A stretch of DNA of 64,000 bases from Alphaproteobacteria bacterium. Lineage in GTDB: Bacteria > Pseudomonadota > Alphaproteobacteria > GCA-2731375. The DNA is taken from positions 5,120,001 through 5,184,000 of the forward strand of contig CBDDPY010000002.1 in NCBI GenBank assembly GCA_965232515.1, read 5' to 3'. Below the pieces are notes generated by a model. The model did no database searches. It saw nothing but the letters and a program-made list of their open reading frames with translations, and had not been told where the DNA came from. Positions 42,387-50,832 of the stretch are shown piece after piece; the first letter of the stretch is position 1, and each line of letters starts with the position of its first letter. The position numbers were made by a program, and so were the translations under genes.

Positions 42387-43586
42387 ATGTCGCTGGCCTC
42401 GGTAGGAGATACGGCAGTCGTACGCGAACCGGCCGAGATCCTGGCAGCCGTTGAGCGGTTGGGCCCCGTTATCGATGCGGCGGCGGAAACGGCCGATCGC
42501 GAGCGGCGCCTGCCGGCCGAACTGCTGGACGCGCTGCACGAGGCGGCGCTGTTCCGTCTGCTGCTGCCGCGGCAATTCGGCGGCGCGGAAGTCGGCCCGC
42601 CGACCTTCTTCCAGGTGATCGAGGCCGTCGCCAAGCACGACGCCAGCACCGCCTGGTGTCTGTGTCAGGCGAACGGCTGCGCCATGACCGCCGCCTATCT
42701 CGAACCCGAGGTCGCGGACAAGATCTGGGGCCACGACCCGCGGGCCGTGCTGGCTTGGGGGCCGGGCAAGGGCGACGCGGTTGTCGAGGGCGGCGCCTAT
42801 CGGTTGAGCGGCAACTGGTCGTTCGCCAGCGGCGGCCGGCACGCGACGTGGCTCGGCGCGCAGTCGACCGTGGTCGAGCCGGACGGCAAGCCGCGCCGTC
42901 TCGCCGACGGCACGGTCGCGGTCCGCATCCTGCTGTTTCCGGCCGACCAGGCCGAATTCACCGACATCTGGGATGTAATCGGCCTGCGCGGCACCGGCAG
43001 CGACGCCTATGCCGTGGCGGATCTGGCGGTGGTGCACGACCATTCCGTCGCCCGCGACGCGCCTGACGAACGGCGCTGCGAGACGCCGCTCTATCAGTTC
43101 CCGGCCATGAGCCTCTACGCCACCGGCTTCTCGGCCACGGCGCTCGGCATCGCCCAGACCATGCTGGCGGCATTTATCGCGCTTGCCGCCGGCAAGACGC
43201 CGCGCCTTGCCCGCGAACGGCTGAGGGACAATGCCGTGATCCAGTCCGAGACCGCCCAGGCGCAGGCGCGCCTCGGTTCGGCGCGCGCGTTCCTGTTGAG
43301 CGAGTTGAGCGAGATCTGGGACGACGTCTCCGCCACCAACCGCCTGACGGCGGCGCAGCGCATGCGCATCCGCCTCGCCGCGACGCACGGCATTCACGAA
43401 GCGAAGTCGACGGCCAACATGGTCTACGAGCTCGCCGGCGCCACGGCGATCTTCGCCAGCGGCCCTTATGAACGCCGCTTCCGCGACATCCACACCGTGG
43501 CCCAGCAACTCCAGGGCCGCCGCTCGCACTTCCAGACCGTCGGCGCCTATCTGCTCGGTCATCCGCCTGATATGTCGGTCATTTGA
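42387..43586 (+). CDS. Acyl-CoA dehydrogenase-fold flavin-dependent monooxygenase (HsaA-like oxygenase component)
   Basis: LSGNWSFASG...ATW, WDVIGLRGTGS, ERRFRDIH; GGAGGA RBS. Confidence 0.88.
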   Translation: MSLASVGDTAVVREPAEILAAVERLGPVIDAAAETADRERRLPAELLDALHEAALFRLLLPRQFGGAEVGPPTFFQVIEAVAKHDASTAWCLCQANGCAMTAAYLEPEVADKIWGHDPRAVLAWGPGKGDAVVEGGAYRLSGNWSFASGGRHATWLGAQSTVVEPDGKPRRLADGTVAVRILLFPADQAEFTDIWDVIGLRGTGSDAYAVADLAVVHDHSVARDAPDERRCETPLYQFPAMSLYATGFSATALGIAQTMLAAFIALAAGKTPRLARERLRDNAVIQSETAQAQARLGSARAFLLSELSEIWDDVSATNRLTAAQRMRIRLAATHGIHEAKSTANMVYELAGATAIFASGPYERRFRDIHTVAQQLQGRRSHFQTVGAYLLGHPPDMSVI

Positions 43587-43614
43587 TTCAGTAACAGACG
43601 TAGGGGAGACAGGC

Positions 43615-44340
43615 ATGGCGAATGCCCATGACGACGCCGCGGCCGCGCGCGAGCGATTGCGCGAGGTGCTGGCGAAGCGCGGCTATCTGTTGCCGCATCA
43701 CGGGCTGCTGGCCGTGGCCGCGCCGGAGCTGCTGGCGGGCTACGACGCCGCCTATACGGCGCTGACGCTGCAGCCGCGGCGCATGTCCGAGCATAACAAG
43801 GAGTTCGTTTGGCTGGTCATCCTGACGGCGACCGAGGAGGCGCTGGCGACGCATCACATCCAGAAGTTCCGTGACGCCGGCGGCGACGACGCGTCGATCG
43901 AGGTTGCCTTTCGCCTAGCCGGTTATGCACGCAGCGCACCATGTTTTGCCTTTGTCGCTGACCGTTGGTCCGGACACCTGCCGGGCTTCGATGCCGAGCG
44001 CGCCTATCGGGATGGACTGGCAAAGCTGATTGCCGGCGAACCGATCCCGCCGTCGCTGGTCGAGATGGCGATGGCGGCGGCGCAGGCCTGCCGGCGCGGT
44101 TGGGACGAGGTCGCCTGGCACATCCGCGGCGCCTATGCCGCCGGCGCGGATGAATACGATCTGGCTGAAGCCATTTCCTACGTGATGTTTCCTGGCAGTG
44201 TGCCGAATTTCGTGGACGCCTGCGGCGTCTGGCTCCAGTTGATCCGCGACGGCGCCGTCGACGCCTCGCCGCCGTTTCGCGCCTGGGCCGAGCTTGAGGG
44301 CCAGGGGGGATTCGACGAGGCGACGGGCAAAACACCGTAG
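43615..44340 (+). CDS. Carboxymuconolactone decarboxylase (CMD)/AhpD-like family protein, two-domain
   Basis: PELLAGYD..Y..L, KEFVW...L, HI..A...GA...DLAEA helical pattern; paralog of 47964-48629. Confidence 0.75.
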   Translation: MANAHDDAAAARERLREVLAKRGYLLPHHGLLAVAAPELLAGYDAAYTALTLQPRRMSEHNKEFVWLVILTATEEALATHHIQKFRDAGGDDASIEVAFRLAGYARSAPCFAFVADRWSGHLPGFDAERAYRDGLAKLIAGEPIPPSLVEMAMAAAQACRRGWDEVAWHIRGAYAAGADEYDLAEAISYVMFPGSVPNFVDACGVWLQLIRDGAVDASPPFRAWAELEGQGGFDEATGKTP

Positions 44341-44431
44341 GCGCACGGATTGGCCTTTGGCCGCCGGACGCGCTACCGTTGGGCCGGAAGCGCCGCGGCG
44401 GGTGCGCGGCGCAAGAGGGGAGGGGGTCACC

Positions 44432-45523
44432 ATGACTCTTAAGGAACAAAGCCGTCGGACTGTTTTGAAGACGGCGGCCGCCGTCGGTGGCGTCGCCGCC
44501 TTGCAGGGCGCCGCGACCGCCATCGGTCTGTTCGCGCCGCGCTCGGCGCATGCCGCCACCACCGTGCAGAGCCTGCGCTCGACCGCCAAGTCGTGGCTCT
44601 GGGCGGCCGAAGACTACGGCATCGGCGGCGGCTTCTTCGGCAAGGCCGGCCTCGACGTCAACGTCACGGCGACGCGCCGCGGCGTCAACACGGCGGCGCT
44701 GATCGGCGGCAATGCCGACATCCTGCTGGGCGCGCCGGGCCAGACCATGAAGGCGCAGGTGCAGAACCAGCCGCTGAAGCTAATCGGCGGCCTGGTCAAC
44801 AAATACGCCAGCAATGTCGTCGTGAAGAAGGATATCCTGGACAAGGCCGGCGTCACCGAAGCTTCGTCGGTCGAGGACAAGGCGCGCGTGCTGAAGGGCC
44901 TGAAGATGGGCACCACGGGTCCGGGCGCGGGGCCGGACAACCTGCTGCGCTATCTCATGGACAAGGCCGACATCAATCCCGACCGTGAGGCCGAGCTGAC
45001 GCCTGTGCAGGGCGGCGGCAGCGGCCTGCTGGCGGCCATGGAACGCGGCGTGATCGACGGCTTCTGCCTGTCGTCGCCGACCGCCGATATCGCCATCAAG
45101 AAGTTCGGCGCCGCCTATCTCTTCAACATGGCGACCAACCCGCCGCCCGAGCTGAACGACTATCTCTACATCTCGGTGGCCGTGGCGCAGTCGGCGATCG
45201 ACGAGAAGCGCGACATGCTGGTCGATTACATGACGGGACTGGCGCGGGGCCTGCAGGCGATCAACGGCGACCCGAACGCGTTCAAAGGCTGGGCCACCGG
45301 CTGGTTCGAGGGGCTCGATCCGGATGTGTTCGAAAAGGCGTTCGCCAGCAACAGCCGGATCTACATGCCGGACCCGACACCGCGCGAACATCACTTCGTC
45401 AAGAACGTCGAGTTCGTGAACCTGAGCCTGAAGACGCTGAACAAGGATCCGATGCCGTCGAGCTTCGCGTTCGCGGATGCTTACGATCCGTCAATCGCGT
45501 CGGATGCGATGAAGCAGATCTGA
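44432..45523 (+). CDS. ABC transporter substrate-binding protein, NitT/TauT (SsuA/THI5-like), Tat-exported
   Basis: SRRTVLK Tat motif; GFF.K.GLDV, LKGLKMG.T..G; upstream of the ATPase and permease. Confidence 0.88.
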   Translation: MTLKEQSRRTVLKTAAAVGGVAALQGAATAIGLFAPRSAHAATTVQSLRSTAKSWLWAAEDYGIGGGFFGKAGLDVNVTATRRGVNTAALIGGNADILLGAPGQTMKAQVQNQPLKLIGGLVNKYASNVVVKKDILDKAGVTEASSVEDKARVLKGLKMGTTGPGAGPDNLLRYLMDKADINPDREAELTPVQGGGSGLLAAMERGVIDGFCLSSPTADIAIKKFGAAYLFNMATNPPPELNDYLYISVAVAQSAIDEKRDMLVDYMTGLARGLQAINGDPNAFKGWATGWFEGLDPDVFEKAFASNSRIYMPDPTPREHHFVKNVEFVNLSLKTLNKDPMPSSFAFADAYDPSIASDAMKQI

Positions 45524-45588
45524 TGGTGGCGCTGGCGGGGCGCGGGGCCCCGCCAATCCGCCGCTCGCCGACAATTTGGGGGTAGGTC

Positions 45589-46365
45589 GTGACGCTTGTT
45601 GTCGACGAGGTCACCAAGCATTTCATCGCCCGCGGCCAGGAGGTCGCGGCCCTGAGCCCGGTCTCGATGACCATCGAGACGGGCGAGTTCGTGGCGTTCG
45701 TGGGCCCCAGCGGCTGCGGCAAGTCGACCTTGCTGAACATGATCGCCGGCATCTTTCAGCCGACCAGCGGCCAGATCCTGCATGACGGCACGGCCGTGCT
45801 GGGCGCCAACCGGCAGGTCGGCTACATGACGCAGATGGATTCGCTGCTGCCCTGGCGCACGGTCGAGCAGAACGTGCTGCTGCCGCTGCAGATCCAAGGC
45901 CAGCCGCGCGGCGAGAGCGCCGAGCGAGCGGATGCGCTGCTGCGCATGGTCAACCTCGCAAAGTTCAAGAACCATTTCCCGCTCGAGCTTTCGGGCGGCA
46001 TGCGCAAGCGGGCGGCGCTGGCGCAGCTGCTGGTCTACGATCCCGGCACGCTGTTGATGGACGAGCCGTTCGGTGCATTGGATGCGCAGCTCAAACTGGT
46101 TATGCAGGGCGAGTTGCTGAAGATCTGGGAGGACACCGGCAAGACCGTGGTGTTCGTGACCCACGACCTGACCGAAGCGATCTCGCTCGCCCAGCGGGTC
46201 ATCGTCTTCACCGGCCAGCCCGGCGCCATCAAGCACGAGAGCCGGATCGATCTCGGCCAGGGCCGCGACGTGTTCAAGGTCCGCTTCGCGCCCGAGTTCC
46301 ACGACTATTACGAGACGCTCTGGGCCGAGCTGGCGCCCGAGATCCACAAGGGAGAAGAGCTGTGA
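45589..46365 (+). CDS. ABC transporter ATP-binding protein, NitT/TauT family
   Basis: GPSGCGKST, LLPWRTV, LSGGM, LMDEPFGALDA, FVTHD. Confidence 0.96.
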   Translation: MTLVVDEVTKHFIARGQEVAALSPVSMTIETGEFVAFVGPSGCGKSTLLNMIAGIFQPTSGQILHDGTAVLGANRQVGYMTQMDSLLPWRTVEQNVLLPLQIQGQPRGESAERADALLRMVNLAKFKNHFPLELSGGMRKRAALAQLLVYDPGTLLMDEPFGALDAQLKLVMQGELLKIWEDTGKTVVFVTHDLTEAISLAQRVIVFTGQPGAIKHESRIDLGQGRDVFKVRFAPEFHDYYETLWAELAPEIHKGEEL

Positions 46366-47201
46366 GCCTGAAGTCGGATGTGCTGGACGGCGCGGACGAG
46401 CGGCCCAACTTCAAGACCGCGGCGGTGCTGGCGCACGAGGCCCAGGCCAGCCGCCGGCGCCTGATCCTGCGGGTGCTGCAGGTGCTGTTCGGCGTCGCCA
46501 TGATCGGCTTCTGGCAGTTCGCCTCGGGCACGTTGGTCGATCCGTTCTTCATCAGCTCGCCGGCCGACGTGATCAAGACGCTGTGGCGCTGGGTGACCGA
46601 CGGCACGCTGGCGACGCATCTCTGGATCACGCTCTACGCCACCTTCAGCGGCTTCGGCATCGGCGCCGTCGTCGGCTTCACGCTGGGCTTCCTGTTCGGC
46701 CGCTGGGACGCCATCGCGACCATCTTCGACCCCTACGTGACGGCATTATATTGCCTGCCAAAGATCGCGCTGGCGCCATTGTTCATCATGTGGTTCGGGA
46801 TCGGCATCGAGTCGAAAATCGCCATGAGCGCCGTGATCGTCTTTTTCCTCGTCTTCCTGAACACCTTCGGCGGCGTGCGCGACGTCTCGCAGATCTACAT
46901 CAATGCCGTGCGCATCATGGGCGCGAACGAGTGGCAGCTGCTCCGCGTGGTGATCCTGCCGTCGGCCGCGGCCTGGGTGCTGACCGGCCTCAAGGTCTCG
47001 GTGCCCTACGCCCTGATCGGCGCCGTCGTCGGCGAGTTCATGTCGTCGAACCGCGGCATCGGCTTCCTGATTGCGCAAGCCTCCGGCATCTTCGATACGG
47101 CCGCCGTGTTCGCCGGACTGGTCGTGCTGGCGGTCGCGGGCGCGTCGATCAGCGCGGTGCTGAAGCGGGTCGAGACCCACGTGCTCAGGTGGCGGGGCTG
47201 A
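46362..47201 (+). CDS. ABC transporter permease, NitT/TauT family
   Basis: PKIALAPLFIMWFGIG, ALIGAVVGEF...RGIG. Confidence 0.95.
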   Translation: MSLKSDVLDGADERPNFKTAAVLAHEAQASRRRLILRVLQVLFGVAMIGFWQFASGTLVDPFFISSPADVIKTLWRWVTDGTLATHLWITLYATFSGFGIGAVVGFTLGFLFGRWDAIATIFDPYVTALYCLPKIALAPLFIMWFGIGIESKIAMSAVIVFFLVFLNTFGGVRDVSQIYINAVRIMGANEWQLLRVVILPSAAAWVLTGLKVSVPYALIGAVVGEFMSSNRGIGFLIAQASGIFDTAAVFAGLVVLAVAGASISAVLKRVETHVLRWRG

Positions 47202-47967
47202 CGAGCGCACCGGCGCGCGCCCGGGCGCCACGCAGCAACAGCGCCAGGTCGTTGCCGGCCAGGACCAGATTGAGGCCGAGGCCCAGGTAGTCGGCAGCGA
47301 GCGCGTCGTCGCCGACCCCGCCGAAGCCGCTGAACTTTCCCTGACTGGCCGCGGCGTCGCGGACCTTGGTCAGGCACTCGCGCACATCAGGATGATCATA
47401 TTGCGCCGGCAGGCCCAGTTCGAAGGTGAGGTCGCTGCAGCCGACGAACAGCGCGTCGACGCCCTCGACGGCGGCGATGGCCTCGGCGTTGGCGACAGCG
47501 GTTTCGGATTCGATCATCACCACGACGAGCGTCTCGCGGTTCAGGATTTCGGCCGCCTCGTCGAAGCCGCGTTGGGTATAGCCCAAGGCGGGGAAGGCGC
47601 CGGGCACGGCGCGCTCGCCCAGCGGCGGAAAGCGGCAGGCGCGGGCGACGGCGGCGGCCTGCTCGGGCGTGTCCACATGCGGCGCGACCACGCCCATGGC
47701 GCCGTTCGACAGCGCCCGGTTGATCGGCGCGGGATCGTGATCGGGCACGCGCACCAGGGGGCAGACGCCGGCCTCGATCCCGGCCAGCGCCATCTGCGAC
47801 AGCGTATCGAACGACATGGTGCCGTGCTCGAGGTCGAGAAACATCCAGTGATAGCCGGCGTCCCGCAGGATCGCGGCGTGGTCGGTGGTGCGGGCAAGCC
47901 GCAGGCTCATGCCGAGACACGGCAGGCCGGCGGCGAGCCGGTCGCGCAGGCCAGGTCGCGCGCTCAT
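47185..47967 (-). CDS. HpcH/HpaI class II pyruvate aldolase family
   Basis: FLDLEHG, LVRVP, PHV, FPPLGER, MIES, LFVGCSDL. Confidence 0.92.
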   Translation of the reverse strand: MSARPGLRDRLAAGLPCLGMSLRLARTTDHAAILRDAGYHWMFLDLEHGTMSFDTLSQMALAGIEAGVCPLVRVPDHDPAPINRALSNGAMGVVAPHVDTPEQAAAVARACRFPPLGERAVPGAFPALGYTQRGFDEAAEILNRETLVVVMIESETAVANAEAIAAVEGVDALFVGCSDLTFELGLPAQYDHPDVRECLTKVRDAAASQGKFSGFGGVGDDALAADYLGLGLNLVLAGNDLALLLRGARARAGALVSPAT

Positions 47968-48629
47968 GCCGGCAGCGGCTTCTCGAAAGGCGGCGGACAG
48001 TCGCCGGCCTCGGCCGCGGCCTGCCAGGCCTCGACCGCCTCGATGAAGGTCGGGCCGCCGCAGGGCAGCAGCAGATAGCTCAAGCCCTCGGCCATCTCGT
48101 GCCGGGTCGCGCCGGCGGCGAAGGCCAGCGGCGCGTGCAGCTTGATGCCGTTATAGCTCTCCCGCGCCGCGTGGCAGACCGTGGCGATAATGTGCGCCAA
48201 GCCCTCGGGCAACTGAACGCGCGCGGTCTCGAACAAAGCGAGATAACGCGCTCGCGCGTCCGGCTCCTCGATCCAGTCGCCGAAATCCCGGCCCGCGAAG
48301 GCCAAAGCCGGCTGGCCCTCGACCACGGCGGCGACGGCGGCGGCGGCCGACAGGTCGGCCGAGGTCAGGCCAGCGCGGGCGGCGCGGCGCATGTGCAGCG
48401 TGCCGGCATGCTCGCGCGTCGCCACCAGCAGCCCAGCCCAGACCAGCTCGCGCGCCCGGTCGTCGAAGGCCCGCGGGGTCAGCGTCAGCTTCTCGTAGAA
48501 GGCGTCATAGGCGGCGAGCAGATCCGGATCGGTCTCGGCCAGCAGCCGGTGGTAGGGCAGGACATAATCCCGCTTCGCCATCACCGCCGCCAGCACGGCC
48601 GCGCCCTTGTCGTTATCCTGTTCGCTCAC
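47964..48629 (-). CDS. CMD/AhpD-like family protein, second paralog
   Basis: RDYVLPYHRLLA..DPDLLAAYD.FY..LTL aligns with the 43615 protein; 4 bp overlap with the aldolase start. Confidence 0.75.
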   Translation of the reverse strand: MSEQDNDKGAAVLAAVMAKRDYVLPYHRLLAETDPDLLAAYDAFYEKLTLTPRAFDDRARELVWAGLLVATREHAGTLHMRRAARAGLTSADLSAAAAVAAVVEGQPALAFAGRDFGDWIEEPDARARYLALFETARVQLPEGLAHIIATVCHAARESYNGIKLHAPLAFAAGATRHEMAEGLSYLLLPCGGPTFIEAVEAWQAAAEAGDCPPPFEKPLPA

Positions 48630-48649
48630 CCTTCGTCCTTTCCTTCTTC

Positions 48650-48735
48650 GTCATGCCGGCGCAGGCCGGTATCCATGCGGCTTGTCAGTCACTTGAGGCA
48701 CCGGCCCGGTGGATCCTGGCCTGCGCCAGGATGAC
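48650..48735. repeat. CGTC-type REP dimer
   Basis: GTCATGCCGGCGCAGGCCGGTATCCA ... TGGATCCTGGCCTGCGCCAGGATGAC, inside a predicted operon. Confidence 0.9.
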
Positions 48736-48768
48736 ATGGGTGGTGGGCGGTTGTGGCGCCAAATGGCC

Positions 48769-50823
48769 TCAACCGTCGTCGCCCTTGTCGATCTCCACGT
48801 CGAGCCAGCGGAACGGTGTGGTCCAGGCGCGGTCGCCGGCGCGCAGCACGACGGTCGTGGTCTCGGATTCGACGATGGCCGGGCCGGCGATCTGTTGGCC
48901 GGGCGTCAGCGCGTCGAAGTCATAGACCGGGGCCTCGCGCCAGTCGCCCATGAACACCCGGCGGTGCGCGAACGGCTCGGCCGGCGCGCCGGCCTCGGCG
49001 GTGGGCTCGGCCGGCAGGGCCGGCAACACGCCGATGGCGGCGATGCGGGCGTTGACCAGCACCACGTCCTGGTCCGGCAGGGCATAGGTGAACAACGCCT
49101 CGTGGCGGCGGTGGAAGCGCTCGGCGACCTGGTCCAGCAGGTCGCCACCGTCCCAGTCGACATCGTCCAGCGGCACGTCGATCTCGAAGATCTGCTCGCC
49201 ATAGCGCATGTCGGCCGAGCGGCGGATGCGGATCTCGCCGTCGAAGCTGGCGGCGAGGCGCTGGCGGCCGTCCGCCTCCATCTCGGCATAGAGCCCGCGC
49301 AGGCCATCGGCGTCGAGCGCGTGCGTGTCGCCGATATGGGTGCGCGAGACCTCGTAGCGCAGATCAGTCGCCAGCATGCCCCAGGCCGACAGCACCGAGG
49401 CGACGCGTGGCACGAATACGCGGCCAATCTCGAGCTGGCGGGCGACATCGGTGATGTGGATGCCGGCGGCGCCGCCGAACGACAGCAGGGCGAAGCGGCG
49501 CGGATCGACGCCGCGGCGCACCGAGACCAGACGGATGCCTTCGGCCATGTTGGTGTTGACGACCCGGTGCACACCCTCGGCCGCGGCCATGCGGTCGACG
49601 CCGAGCTGTTCGGCGAGGCCGTCGAGCGCGGTCTCGGCCGCCGATGTGTCCAGCTTCTCGCGCCCGCCGAGGAAGTTCTCGGGATCGAGGAAGCCCAGCA
49701 CCAGGCTGGCGTCGGTCACCGCCGGCGCGGTGCCGCCGCGGCCATAGCAGGCCGGGCCGGGATCGGCGCCAGCGCTCTCCGGTCCGACATGCAGCACGCC
49801 GCCGCCGTCGACCCGGGCGATCGAGCCGCCGCCGGCGCCGATGCTGGCGATGTCGAGCGAGGGCAGGGCGATACGCTGGCCGGCGATGCCGCGGTCGCTG
49901 GCGAGCGTCGGCTCGCCGTCGACGATCAGCGAGATATCGGTGCTGGTGCCGCCCATATCGAACGGAATGAGATTCCCGCTGCCGAGCAGGCTGGCGCTGT
50001 AGCGCGCGCCGGCGACGCCGCCCGCCGGGCCGGACAGCACGGTGCCGGCGGCAAGTCGGATGGCTTCCAAGATCGGCGCGACGCCGCCGTGCGACAGCAT
50101 GATCAGCACCGGGCCGTGATAGCCGGCTTCGCTCAACCGCTCGCCCAGCCGGCCGAGATAACGGTCCAACGCCGGGCCGACATAGGCATTCACCACCGTG
50201 GTCGAGACGCGCTCGAACTCCTTGATCTGCGGGAACACGTCGGCCGACGTGGTGACATAGACGTCCGGCAGGGCGTCCTTGACGGCCATAGCGCTGGCGC
50301 GCTCGTGCGCCGCGTCGCGGTAGGCGTGCAGGTAGCAGATGGCGACCGAGTCGACGCCGGCTTCGGTCAGCATGGCGATGGCGGCGTCCAGCGAATTTGT
50401 GTCGAGCGGCGTTTCCAGATGCCCGTCGGGGCGCAGGCGTTCGCGCACGCCGAGCCGCAGATAGCGCGGCACCAGCGGCGGGTCCGGCGGCAGGCGCAGA
50501 TTGTAGCGGTCGGGCTTCAGACCCTCGCGCATCTCCAGCACGTCGCGATGGCCTTCGGTCGTCAGCAGCCCGACCTTGGCGCCCTTGCGCTCCAGCAACG
50601 CGTTGGTCGCCACCGTCGTGCCGTGCACGATGCGTTCGGTCTCGCCGAGCAGCGCCGGCAGCGTCGTCTCCAGGCGTTCGGCGAGCCGCGACAGGCCTTC
50701 CAGCACGCCGATGGACTGGTCCTGCGGCGTCGACGGCGCTTTCGCCAGCGTCACGCCGCCGTCATCGTCGACCGCCACCACGTCGGTAAAGGTGCCGCCG
50801 ACATCGACCCCGATACGATACAT
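48769..50823 (-). CDS. Hydantoinase A/oxoprolinase family ATP-binding subunit
   Basis: GVDVGGTFTD, HGTTVATNA, SGPAGG, DMGGTSTD, GAGGGSIA, SAGADPGPACY. Confidence 0.95.
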   Translation of the reverse strand: MYRIGVDVGGTFTDVVAVDDDGGVTLAKAPSTPQDQSIGVLEGLSRLAERLETTLPALLGETERIVHGTTVATNALLERKGAKVGLLTTEGHRDVLEMREGLKPDRYNLRLPPDPPLVPRYLRLGVRERLRPDGHLETPLDTNSLDAAIAMLTEAGVDSVAICYLHAYRDAAHERASAMAVKDALPDVYVTTSADVFPQIKEFERVSTTVVNAYVGPALDRYLGRLGERLSEAGYHGPVLIMLSHGGVAPILEAIRLAAGTVLSGPAGGVAGARYSASLLGSGNLIPFDMGGTSTDISLIVDGEPTLASDRGIAGQRIALPSLDIASIGAGGGSIARVDGGGVLHVGPESAGADPGPACYGRGGTAPAVTDASLVLGFLDPENFLGGREKLDTSAAETALDGLAEQLGVDRMAAAEGVHRVVNTNMAEGIRLVSVRRGVDPRRFALLSFGGAAGIHITDVARQLEIGRVFVPRVASVLSAWGMLATDLRYEVSRTHIGDTHALDADGLRGLYAEMEADGRQRLAASFDGEIRIRRSADMRYGEQIFEIDVPLDDVDWDGGDLLDQVAERFHRRHEALFTYALPDQDVVLVNARIAAIGVLPALPAEPTAEAGAPAEPFAHRRVFMGDWREAPVYDFDALTPGQQIAGPAIVESETTTVVLRAGDRAWTTPFRWLDVEIDKGDDG

Positions 50824-50832
50824 GGCGCCGCC

